Part shown: piece by piece, positions 27,001-38,440 of the stretch
How positions within the stretch are numbered: the first letter of the stretch is position 1
How the letters are laid out: each line of letters opens with the position of its first letter
Assembly (NCBI GenBank): GCA_017499595.2
Contig: CM039006.1
Span: forward strand, 2,170,001 to 2,234,000
Source: Psilocybe cubensis
Taxonomy: Eukaryota
DNA length: 64,000 nt
Direction: 5' to 3'
Position numbers and translations under genes: made by a program
Notes under the pieces: model-generated
What the model was told of the DNA's origin: nothing
The model's input: only the letters and a program-made list of their open reading frames with translations
Database searches by the model: none

Positions 27001-28003
27001 GGTAGAACGAGGTATCTTGGGTGTTCGCCTTGAAAGGGACGCCTCTAGACGCACGTTGCGCGCTTTCGGCATCGCCGAAGTCAGGGCGCTTGCTAGGGAT
27101 AAAATCGTCCAGAAGATCACAGCGTTACGATCCCTAAATAGCTATATGATCCGTATGGATGGCCGCCTCACGTATGCCTTTTCAAGCGACGGTTATGCCA
27201 AATTGCGAGAGACACTTGGTGCGGAAAATCTAGTCCTGGATATTTGGAATCGAGAATTGCGCATCCACGGCAATCAGGATGCATTCGATATTGCAATGGA
27301 TGCCGTGGCTGCCTCGAGGCGCAGACTAGAGCTCAGTGACCGAGGCAAGAAGTCCATGTCGTCTTCTGCAGCAGTATGTCCTGTGTGCTTCCATGAACCT
27401 ACCAATCCTGTGCGCCTTGGTTGTGGGCACGAATGGTGCCGAGCGTGTATTCACAGATACTTGATTGCGTCCATCGACCAAAAATTCTTCCCTTTGACCT
27501 GCCTTGGAAAAGAAGGTAAATGCACGGAGCGGATTCCTTTGCTAACTGCAAGGACGCTTCTCAGTGCTGTTGAACTTGACTCTGTCGTTCACGCAGCATT
27601 TGCCGCGTATATCCAGTCAAACTCGAAAGAGTACCACTATTGTCCAACACCGGACTGTTCCCAAGTCTATCGGACTGCCCCCGAGGGTGTATTTATTCAA
27701 TGCCCCTCGTGCCTCGTCAGAACTTGTCCCAGTTGCCATAAGGATGCACACGATGGACAGACGTGCGCGGAGGTTAAGTCTGGGGACGACCTCTTCAAGA
27801 TCTGGGCAAGCAAACACGACGTAAAACGGTGCCCCGGATGCAGCGTACCGATCGAGAAAGACGAGGGTTGCAACCATATGGTGTGCACGATGTGTAAGAC
27901 CCACGTTTGCTGGGTGTGCATGAAGACATTCCCCAAAGGCGATGGGATTTACGGTCATATGCAAAGCCAGCATGGAGATTGGGGGTTAGGCCCAATTGTT
28001 TGA
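24036..28003 (+). CDS. RBR (RING-IBR-RING) E3 ubiquitin ligase with CCCH zinc fingers and RRM-like domains
   Basis: CCCH fingers (CYRWQRNECNLGFNCSYVH, CRRWQQKSCTYGYNCKRIH, plus one near 24700) and an RRM (WVNVSNLP...ARVQF). RING1 CPVC..CGHEWCRAC, IBR CPTPDC..CPSC..CPSC..H..C, and RING2 CPGC..EGCNHMVCTMC..CWVC with the catalytic Cys. Confidence 0.88.
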
Positions 28004-28647
28004 TCAGTAAAGTGTATTTTTTCTCGTTTTTCTTCTACCCACGCATGCCTTCTTTGAATTTTACGCTCTATTTATTTATTAGCCTCTGATCAGGTCCTTT
28101 CCCTCTATCCTCCCAATGTGTTCCGTTTCTCACTGTACGCAATGCGCTTCGTGCACCAGATATCGACGCATTTGTATGTGTATTCTGTTTTCTAACCCTT
28201 GCTCCTTGTATTTTGTACTACCTCTCTTTTCGCTGCGTTGGGCAATATACCGACAACGGTATTTCTATGGAGCTGTCTTACTGATTTGTAAAACTTTTAA
28301 ATTTGTATATTGTCTGTAGTTGTCTTTGTAATACCATTCCCCTTGTGAGTGGTACACGTATGAAGCGACCTTTCCCTGTTGTCAAAAATCTATAGAAAGT
28401 CTATGGCGATGGCATTGCAAGCGCACGGGCCACCATCGGAATTTTTGAACCTAGTTCGACACCTTTCGACACTTGGCTGGGATTTTTTACCACCAACAAT
28501 CGGCAACACTCAGAGCCCTTGTTCCTCCCTTACAATCTGCGTCCTTATGATCTTTATGGCTACAGAAACTGAACTGTCCAATGAAGATTCGCACCATGGA
28601 AGTATATTGTATGCGATAACGATATTATAATTAACACCCAATCTAAA

Positions 28648-28905
28648 GTGCAAGGGAAGAAATACAAGAGCGTGTTCTGTCATGGCGACCTTGGGCCTCA
28701 TAACATCATCTGGAATGATGGTAAAGCGGTTTTTATCGATTGGGAAATGGCGGGCTGGTTCCCAGAATATTGGGATTATATTCGGACACATGAAGCTCGT
28801 TGGTGGTTCACAAGTTGGTTGGATATGTTCAAGGAGGTAGTGGACAGATACGATGATGAATGGGATGTCCAGTTTGCAATGAAAGGGTATTTTGCTTTCC
28901 GATAG
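28648..28905 (+). pseudogene. C-terminal fragment of an aminoglycoside-phosphotransferase/choline-kinase-like gene
   Basis: FCHGDLGPHNII and FIDWEMAGWFPEYWDY motifs. I see no N-lobe exons or start codon upstream. Confidence 0.7.
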
Positions 28906-29675
28906 TTCTGGTGGTCATTTATATAAACGCATGTTAAGCGGGTTCATCATGTCCTTTGAAATGTTGCAAATTGTATTTCTATCTAGTCTGGACTGACAAA
29001 CAAACTTCAGAACTACCGTCGAGTGCGCATGAACAGAAATCTGAAGTTGTATTGTGTCACTTTGTGTGGTTATACGCCACCAGTTCACAAAGTGGTTTGT
29101 CGAAATTCATTTCAGTTTCGCACATGAGGCCCGATTTTGCTAGCGATTTGCCTGCTAGACATACCACACGTAGAAAGCCAGTCATCATGTACTGGAATCC
29201 CGCTTCCGTTTGTTGCACTGTTGACAAAGTTGGTTCCAATATTCCACAGATCCCGGCCAGTTCCATCAAATCTGAGTGGGATGGCCAGCTTGGAATTAAA
29301 GCGTATTTTATTACAAATTAACAAATTCTTGGGTATTTTACGGCAGTGGTACTTGCTTCATGCACTGACATTTACTAAAATATTCTCATGAAGGGCTCTG
29401 AAGTTTTAGATGGTGTTTTATGGAGACCATTTCCAAAAACTATTTCGTCGAAGTGCACGCGTAGATAATTCTGCTGATATGACTCGGATATTGATTTTAT
29501 TGTGCGGGCCATGCATTCCAGTCAGGTTTGAGTCAGGTTCGGAACATGCCATGCGTTCGCAGCACACGCACGGTGTTGATGTCCTTTCGTAATGCTGAGT
29601 CAGTTGTCCTGGCAGTCCTGACCCAAAATCGAATATAAAACCTTGTTGCTCATATGAAGGCATGCGTAGGGAGCC

Positions 29676-30649
29676 ATGTCCGCTGTGCCCTCACAGAAGG
29701 TTCAATCACTTGGAAAATATTTTCTTCAGAATCCGAACGGCAAAAGTGCACAAAGCGTAGCGTGGCAAATCGATCACCGACTTCATCTCGTGTCGTTCTG
29801 GGATATCAAGCCTGGTTCGCGGGTGTTAGAAATTGGATGTGGTCAGGGTGATTGCACAATTGTACTTGCAGATAGGGTTGGAGATGCAGGGCATGTAGAT
29901 GCGGTGGATCTCGGAGCGCCTGATTATGGTGCGTGGCTTGGTTGTTTGATAATGCTATTGAGCAATACTAATATTTACTAGGCGCACCATACACCTTATC
30001 CCAGGCGCAGGATTTCATAAAATCTGGTCCATTGGGACCAAGGGTGACATTTCATCTCACCGTCAATCCAATTGAATACCTAAACAACCTTCCGGAATCT
30101 TTTGTTCCATACGACTATGTGGTTTTATCCCACTGTATCTGGTACTTCGCTTCTCCAGAGGTCCTCTCCCGAACTATCAACAGCTTAATCGGCAAAACAA
30201 AACAACTCTGCGTCGCGGAATGGGGATTGCGAGCTACAAAAATCCAGGCGCTGCCGCATGTACTGACTGCGTTGCTGATGGCCAATGTGGAGGCGAAGCG
30301 AAAGGTTCCATCGACTTGGAACATCAGATCCGTATTCTCCCCTGCTCAGATTCTCTCACACATCACAGAAGGAGAAAAATTTGGGCTGGAGAAGCAGCAG
30401 ATCATACAGAGCAACGAGGGCCTTAGGGATGGATACTGGGAGGTATGGGGGATACGAGAGGAGAGGAAAGATATAATGCGTACTTTGCAAGCTGATGGTG
30501 TTGGAGAGAAAGAACTCGCGGCATTGATTGCTGCGTTTGACGCGGTGGACGTTAGTGTAGCACTTTTGGATGACAGTGGAGATGCAGCAGCGGGACTTAA
30601 GCAAGTCAAAAGTATGGACGTTTGGGCGGCTATTTTTGTAGCGTCGTAA
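29676..30649 (+). CDS. Class I SAM-dependent methyltransferase (UstM-like family)
   Basis: HRLHLVSFWDIKPGSRVLEIGCGQGD, GHVDAVD, DYG|APYTLSQAQ, SHCIWYF, AEW and NIRS. One intron at ~29929-29981. Confidence 0.85.
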
Positions 30650-32379
30650 ATTGATCCCAAATTCGTGATAAGTATTGTGAAATGTGCTTGGATGGAATCA
30701 GAGAGAGGAGTACTTTGTGTTGATAAAGTTAGTATAGTGAGATTGTATTGAAATTGTTGAAAATGACAACTTTTCATTATTGGAATATCCGTGGAGTTCG
30801 AGGACGCTAGCAGTGCAATGAAAGGACTCGATAGGTGTGATAGATTTGATGTACACTTTTAAACGTCAAAGAGTCGGATATGCACGGTTAGTCCTTCGGC
30901 GTCTGATGGGTGTTTCACAGACACTACCACAGTAAGTTTGCCACGCAGTATGTATACGTACACTCTCACTTCGTTCTGATAAGCTTTTTGAGATTTGATA
31001 GGGATTTTCTTTTTGAGTTGCCATTGTCACGCGGCTATGATATCCGTGTCAATATCGTTATTTGACAGGACAGGGCCCAGAGTCAGGACTGTTACAAGTT
31101 AAAAAAATCAAACTTAGCAAGGCAGGGTATTTTAGGACTTTCGGTTCGATGGCATGGCTCACCGCGAGTGTGAAAAGTTGTTATTTTTGAATTTAGACTC
31201 ACGGTGCAGAGTCCCGCCCGAACTTAATGCTGGCTTTATGGATTTTCATAAGTGGACCAGAGCGAAATCCTTTGCTACGATCACAATGCATTTTTTGTAT
31301 ATCCATAAGTACTGGTTTTACAAACATCCTGCCTTCATGGTATTAATTGCTATGTTAAATTTATAAATGGCATGCCCGCCAATCATATTCCATGACACGG
31401 GTTAGGGCCAGGGAAATGGTCCTTCGATTCCTCATTCTCGAAGGCTGGAACGAGCTAATGATTTGAATGAGATGGTATCGTATACAATGGGTTAGATGAT
31501 TATTGGGGTAAGATATAGATGCGCTCACTTTGGCAGCGCTGCGCAGCTTACGGACTCGGAATGCATGGCAAAACAGAGGCACGAAGCAGAAGAAAAAGCA
31601 AGAGAATTAGAAAAAACGGGTGCCGTTCACGTCAATACAAATTTGTAACCATAGTACAATGCGATGCCGGTGGAGATGCGGTGGAGAAACACAAATAAGT
31701 CAATGGTCATGTACGATTGGGCGGCTAATTTTGTTGCCTTCTACATAGACATAAATTGATGATACATATAGACGTATAATCCTGAGAAGGTATAGATGAT
31801 ACCAATACTTTGACACTGATGCTCCTAAAATCGTGGTAGATTACCGACTACCCTCGGACTCAAACAAAGTGCGAACATAGTGACAACAACTTGTATCCGA
31901 AGGGGTGTCTGATCTTATAACACTTGAGAGAAGGTGATAGATTTAGGGTCACTTTTAGACCGATAACGAGGGTCAGATCTCGGAGAAATAACAAGTTATT
32001 AAGAGCTTCCTGCAGGCAGGCTCTGGCACCCCCTCGGGCCGCCTTAGCATGTCCTATATCACGGAACTCAACAAAAATAACGTACACAAGCTCATCAGAC
32101 TTATGGTCAGACTCTGTGACCGAACTTGTGATAGAAGTGGCAGATTTTACGGCATAAAATATGGCTTAGAAAGCTATTGAGAGGTATGGGTGCTGGATAT
32201 TACTTCAGCTTCAGCTTAAGCAAGGAGATGATACAGGTCCCACACATACGGATTGTGTTCATATCTATTGACAGAGCGAGCAAAGCACATTGATCTATAA
32301 AAGCTATCTCTTGACAGAGCGAGCACAGAGAAAAGATCGGCCATATCCGTGTTATTTTATGGCAAGCCCAGATCCCACC

Positions 32380-32584
32380 GCTGGCGCTCATACATATTTT
32401 CAAGAAAATAAGACCCAGTGTTTATGTTTCCTACATTTTTTTGACGTATTTTATTGGAATATAGGCTTCGGGCTTCCCTAATTGGGTAACCCCGAACTCT
32501 ATATACGAGAAAAATACGTCAAAAACCAACAGGAAACATAATTACCGATACATATTTTTCTATCAAATATGTATCAGCGCCAGC
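32380..32584. repeat. Imperfect long hairpin / foldback element (MITE-like)
   Basis: Nested arms centred at ~32482: gctggcgct/agcgccagc, ttatgtttcct/aggaaacataa, ttttgacgtatttt/aaaatacgtcaaaa and ttcggg/cccgaa. Weaker pairing extends to ~32312/32650. Confidence 0.8.
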
Positions 32585-33189
32585 AGTGTCCGGTTGTCGA
32601 TCGAGAGGTATTTCAAACTTGTACCCATTTTCTAGTCGCCGCTCTATGGCCACCAAATTGCAGCCAAATCGAACATGATATCCATATATATAATACTAAA
32701 CAAACTTCAGAATGGTGTCCCTGAATATTTAGATACGATATATCTCACCCAGGTATCTTCTCCAGCAAACGATGTGTTTTTGTTGTAATGTTTGTACACC
32801 AGCGCATTCAATTTTTCACAAGTGCGTGCCGAGATGCCTGTGATGGCGTGTGAAGCGGCAGACTCCAGGTGCTCATTCAAGTTGAGGAGCTGATTCTAAG
32901 AAAACAAACTACTTCTTCTTGAATACAAAAACTCTGACGGTTCTAAAAGTGAAAAAGAAAAGCATATGTGCTAAATTCTCAGAGATAAGCAACGGATGTG
33001 CTTTACTTGTGCTTCACTCATTTTTTGTTGAAGATGCCGAGCCAAGTAATTCAGCTTTCACACGGCCTTACGGCGAGCACGGCATTCGCTTGGTGCGCGA
33101 AAATCAAAAAGGTGAGCCTCATTGGAAGTCATAAAAAATGTCATTGTATATTGTTTTTCTTTCAGATAGGTGCACATTCCAAACTCTCC

Positions 33190-33473
33190 TTAGCGGTCTG
33201 GGCAGGGAATTCCAGGACAATGACATCTAATAGTGCCTAGCACACCAATTGTCAGTACACATGTGAGAATGGTTAATCATATTAGAACAAATATGCGTAC
33301 AAGGAATAATAACTATGGATTAGGAGGGACAACAATCAGATAAAGAATTCATCGATATAAAATTTCTTGAGTATCTCACCGTCAGTATCGGGGATTGGAT
33401 TTGCCATTGCAGTAGCCAACATCATGGCGGCGACGATGGCCTGCAAAGCGGTTGAGAGTTTGGGAAGGTGCAT
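33190..33473 (-). CDS. Small secreted cysteine-rich peptide A (50 aa): MHLPKLSTALQAIVAAMMLATAMANPIPDTDVIIPCTIRCHCPGIPCPDR
   Basis: Exons 33473-33380, 33312-33301 (12 nt) and 33236-33190. Introns are GTGAG..TAG and GTACGC..ACTGAC..CTAG. The structure is identical to the neighbouring paralogue. Confidence 0.85.
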
Positions 33474-33539
33474 TGCTCCTTTGACTCGAGTAACTGCTTT
33501 GTTGTAGATCTGAGGGTCAGGTCCTTGGTTGAACTCCAT

Positions 33540-33596
33540 TTTATATCTTCAGCGATGCAAGTAAATTTAATTTAAAGAAGCAAGGGGATCCGCCAT
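33540..33596 (-). promoter_or_regulatory. Conserved upstream block of peptide gene A (includes TATAAA-like element)
   Basis: 49/57 nt identical, ungapped, to 34433-34489. Lies 67 nt upstream of the ATG. Confidence 0.65.
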
Positions 33597-34044
33597 ACCC
33601 GCTCTTTTTTTTGGAGAGGGTAGAACTAGAGGTATCGGGTTGTGTATAGTTGCCGGATTGCATATTTATCCCGTCTATGGAATGATGCAGTCCCATGTAT
33701 GTATATTTACCTTGAGAACGATTGTCATCATCATCATGAGCGCTGTTGGCGCCCTAATTGTATTTAGGAGGTAAAAATGAATCAGGTACGTGTCTTCACT
33801 TGTTGTTGTTCTTATGGGCGATGCGTGGTCAAGTGAGCCGGCGTTTGCACCGACTTTGTTTTGGGCGAGTGCAGCATCCAAATTTGGTGTACGAGGCGTT
33901 TTCTGACTCGTTCATTAAAATTTAATGTAAACATTGTATATTCCGTTATCAGTTGGCCTGAGTGGACATACAATATACTAAACGATAACATTCCTTTACG
34001 TTCTATCTTTGCTGGGTTTCGTAGAGCACTCGATCCAAAAGCAT

Positions 34045-34362
34045 TCATTCGGCGCAAGGGGGTATGGGTATACCAGGGCAAAAACACGGAGTAATACCTA
34101 GCACGCCAGTAGTCAGTACGCAGGCAAAGATGATCAGATCACATCCTTGATATCTAGCTAGCTATAGGGAAGAGGCGTACAATGTGGCATAACTAGAGTA
34201 GAAGGGATGTGTAGAGGCAGACTCAGAAACACATCTTGGGTAGCTATAGATGGAAGCCTCACGTTCAGTGTCGGGGATTGGATTCGCGGTTGCCACTGCT
34301 GTGGCTAGCGTTATGCCAGCGACGATGGCTTGGAGAGCGAATGAGAGTTTTGAGAGGTGCAT
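34045..34362 (-). CDS. Small secreted cysteine-rich peptide B (54 aa): MHLSKLSFALQAIVAGITLATAVATANPIPDTELMPHCITPCFCPGIPIPPCAE
   Basis: Exons 34362-34263, 34192-34181 (12 nt) and 34097-34045. Same intron phases, donors and branch site as peptide A. Confidence 0.85.
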
Positions 34363-34432
34363 TGTTCGGTTGACTTGTGTAGGGTGTTGCTTTGGCGGAA
34401 GTAAGTGTCGTGGATTCTTGGTTGGAGTGCAC

Positions 34433-34489
34433 TTTATCTCTTCCGTGATGTAAGTTAATTTAATTTAATGACGCAAGGGGATCCGCTAT
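34433..34489 (-). promoter_or_regulatory. Conserved upstream block of peptide gene B
   Basis: Paralogous to 33540-33596. Lies 71 nt upstream of the ATG. Confidence 0.65.
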
Positions 34490-35454
34490 GATCCATCCCC
34501 CGTTTATGTCGCGGAGAATTTTCAATTTTCAATTGAGGGAGATCCGAGTTGGTTGTATGTATCTTTATATTTATTTTGAGAGTGATCACCAGTGCTCAAG
34601 CTCAGCGCTGACGCCCATTGGAGCGACGCATATTGAAGCACATGCATATTTCTATGCGAAATGTTAGCTGTAGATGATTACGGGATGTATATCCAATTTG
34701 ATTTATTTTTACAGATGGGATTAAGCGCCCGCCCGGTGTGCCAGTGCCAGTGCCGGTCCCACTAGCCCGAGGCACCGAGCAGCCTGTCAGTTCAATCAAA
34801 ACCTCCCCTTTATTTGGACGCCAGTGTGCGACGGTACGAGCGATGACTCTAACCTTTTGGATCACCCAGCTCAGGCTAGCGCTCGGGGAATAACATTCTA
34901 GGTGTAGTGAGAACATGCATGCATACTACTTACTCAAGGCCAATGATTCCCACGAGGTATAGATACCGATGACACTTTAACTTTAAGCTTTAAGCTTTAA
35001 GCTTTATCACTGGCAGCTCAGACTCTTCTGCTACGATACAAGTGTAGTTTCTGAATATTCATGCAAATTAAGCGTAAGGACGCTCTTTTTTTTCTTTTTC
35101 TTTTTCTTTTTTTTTTAGTTTTCGCCTCCTCATTTGCACAGAAGCCTGCTATATATATGATCCTCCGATCCTCCGACGACAATGACTATGACCAGACAAT
35201 GAATGACATACAAATTCGATGCGATAGCATTTGATATGATATGATACGATACGATACGATACGATACGGTGTGATGTGAATGGTGATGTGATACGATAAG
35301 AAGAAGCCAGCTGTTAGAATGTTAAAAAATAGGCCAGGGCAGGGCAGGGTGGCAGGAAAATGCCTTTTAATATCCGAGTCTGCACGCATCCTGCACGCGC
35401 CCGGTATCCCTTCATGTCTACCTACCTACCTGCCTGCATGTATGTATGCTTATA

Positions 35455-36046
35455 AGATTGGGCTCATCAGGAACCAGCACCCCCTTAGGTAAGCAAAAGT
35501 TGGCTTACCTCCGAACCTTTTCAACCCTTCTGCACTCACACTATTCTACATTTTTGAACCACAGATATGTAGGTTATGCTTCTTTGAACACATCTGTGGT
35601 TTTTTTTTTCAAAAAAATTTTGATCTCAAGAAGTTATAAAGATTTTAATTTTTTTCCTTTTTTTTTAGTCTAACACGTCAGAAATGGTGTTTTCTCGAGT
35701 TTGGGAGATTTTCGAAAATTTGACAATGTTCTTTTGGCCGCTTATATAATGGTACACGTGACCACACGTGACAATAAGTCACGCCTAAGTAATACCTCTC
35801 AGACTCATTATGGACTTCCAGAGACTACAATTTGACCTCTGAGGTGTAATTCTATTATTGTGGGCATAAAGGCTAGTAGTAAGGATTGTATATGCACATT
35901 TATGAATTTTTTTTTTTTAAACTTTTTGTCTGAAACCATTTTCCGTCAACATAACTTTTGATTTTTTTTTCGAGCTGGATTTTGGCCGCTCTTGGCGCCA
36001 AGCCCATTGATTACGTAAGGGTGCTGGTTTCTGATGAGCCCAATCT
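35455..36046. mobile_element. MITE with terminal inverted repeats and TA target duplication
   Basis: Left end agattgggctcatcaggaaccagcaccc matches the reverse complement of the right end agattgggctcatcagaaaccagcaccc (27/28). TA flanks both sides (35453-54, 36047-48). The interior is AT-rich and non-coding. Confidence 0.85.
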
Positions 36047-38440
36047 TAGAATATACGTACATACACGCGCTTTCGTGAGAGTGAGAGTGTGTGAGAGTGT
36101 AGGGTGTAGGAACATTGGGATATTGGGATATTGGGACGTTGGGACGCTGGGAAGGTGGGAAGGTGGGAATCACGGAATCACGGCTAGGGATGTAGGGAAG
36201 TAGATAACCCCCTGACTCCCCGTAATATAAGCTGAACAGAGGTAGACCCTAGCTGAGATAGACGGATGGAGGGATGGAGGGATTAAGGGATAAGGGATAA
36301 AGGAATGAAGGGAATGAAGGGAATGGAAGGCAGCGACGGGACGGGACGGGATGCAGCTAAAAGAGGAAACCTTCGAGTTATGCAGAAGAGGTAGAAGAGA
36401 CAAAGAGGTGCAAAAAAGGTAAAACGCTAAAAGTGTTAAGCCATAAAATTTAAAATGTTAAAAAGCAAAACGAAGAACAATTACACGAAAAGCATAAAAG
36501 CAGGCAGACACATGGATTCGAGATTCGAGAAATGAAAATAAAAGGGTTTTAGGGCACCACCTTCACATTCACATTCACAATCACCTTATATCTCATGGCA
36601 TTTGCAAATTACATTTACCTTCACCTCACATTAACAATGACATCGCCTAGAAATCAGCGCATAATAACAATAGCAATTCACCTCGCATTCACAATCGTAA
36701 TTACCTCACAATCACAATTCACCTCACAACCACATCGCATCGCATCGCATCTGTGGCATAGCGCCGATATATTACAAAAAAAATGCATGTATATACGTGT
36801 ATGTATTGATAAGTAAAGAGTAAACAGTAGAAGTAACTGTAACTGCAACAGGAACAGGAACAGGAACAGGAACAGGAACAGAGTATCGAGAGTAGGAGAA
36901 TAGGATAGTAGGATAGTAGGATAGTAGGATGTTTGAGATAAAGTGTGAATCTGACTTGGAGATGGAGAGAGATGGAGATACCGAGCGGTTGTTGGTCACA
37001 TTGGTATCGGTATCTGTATTGGTGGTATTGGTATTGGTATCGGTATCGGCATTGGTGGTACAGGTATTGGTGACGTCTGTGTTGGTGTTGGTGTTGGGAT
37101 AGGCCAATACGGTATCAAAGCTGATCGAATCATAGGCTCGAAGGAGGATGAAGATGAGGATGTACACGGAGACAGAGAAAGAGAGAGAGAGAAAGAGAGG
37201 TAATGAACAAGAAAAAAAGCGATAAGAAAGAATATACAGATGTAAATTGGATGGTGGGAGGGTAGAGTACAGTACAACAACCAGAGTCATTGGCTCTCGA
37301 GTCGAGTCAAGTCGTGTCGAGTCGAGTCGAGTCGAATTTAGGTGAATTGTGACGAGGAGAGGAGAGTTGTGTCGTACTGCTGATCGTGTGTCGGAGTCAA
37401 AAAAAAGTCCAAGTTGAAGATATCATAAAGTCCAAGTCCTTAATCAAAGAATCAAAGAATCAAAGTAAAAAATCGAATTCGAAGTCGAATTCGAAGCCGA
37501 AAGGCAAAAAGGCAAAAAGGCAAAACGGCAAAAGAAAACCAATGCCCAATGCCCAATACTAATACCGATACCGATAGACGTGTGCATAGAACCGATAGGC
37601 GTGAGCAGAGATAACATCACCGTCGTTGGGTTCGTCGTTCCGAGTTGCAGTTGCAGTTGCAGTTCAAGTTGCAATTACAGTTTCGCAGCTGTAGACAGTA
37701 GATAGTACACGGGAGAAGGGAGAAGGGACTCGGAGATGGGACACTGAAATTCAATTCAACGCGCCCAACCTGAGCGTTGTGGGGCATGCGACAGACGCTG
37801 CTGCTGCTGCTGTTACGAGATGGGTAACGCGCATATATGTGATGCATAATCATATATCGTCGAGCGAACGTCCGAGTCCGGAGCCGAGAGTAGAAGGCAA
37901 AGGTAAAGGCAAAGTCGATATATGCGTGCATCCATCCTTCCAGTCAGACTATCAAGTATTGGGTATATATGCGCAACTTCAACGTCGCACGGTGTGTGGT
38001 GTGTGGTATTGGTATTGGAATTGGTATAATGCGCAGGACACGGTCAAGCCGCGATATATGCGCGATAATAAGGTATAGTAATCGAAATCGAACCGTAAAC
38101 GAAACACAACGTCCTTGAACAACGGGTTACGGCGTCATAAGATGATAAGATAATGAAGCGGACAGACGAAGCTGGCACGAGCAAAAGATGGAAAAAGACA
38201 CAAAGATATGGATGAGAGATGCACAGTAAATAGATGAGGCAGGGTGTATCTGTAGATGCGAGTGTCGTGGAAATGGAAACGGAAAACGCAAGGTTGCGAA
38301 GGTATGGTATGGTATGGTATGGTATGGTATGGTATGGTATTGTGCGTGCGTGTGTATTGGCGAGCTTTAGGAGTGTGGTATGCGAGTCTGGTCTATTCCA
38401 TTGAGGGGTATTGGGGTATCGGATGCGAGTTGGGTATACG

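Noticed and set aside
29676-34362. RiPP cluster (UstM-like methyltransferase plus peptide precursors)
   Set aside because: The peptides lack Kex2-flanked repeated cores and an MSDIN-type leader. No DUF3328/UstY, tyrosinase or prolyl oligopeptidase gene lies in the window, so proximity alone is not enough.
36772-37931. ORFs with TNTDT, PVPVP and LQLQL repeats
   Set aside because: These are translations of microsatellites with no protein-like features.
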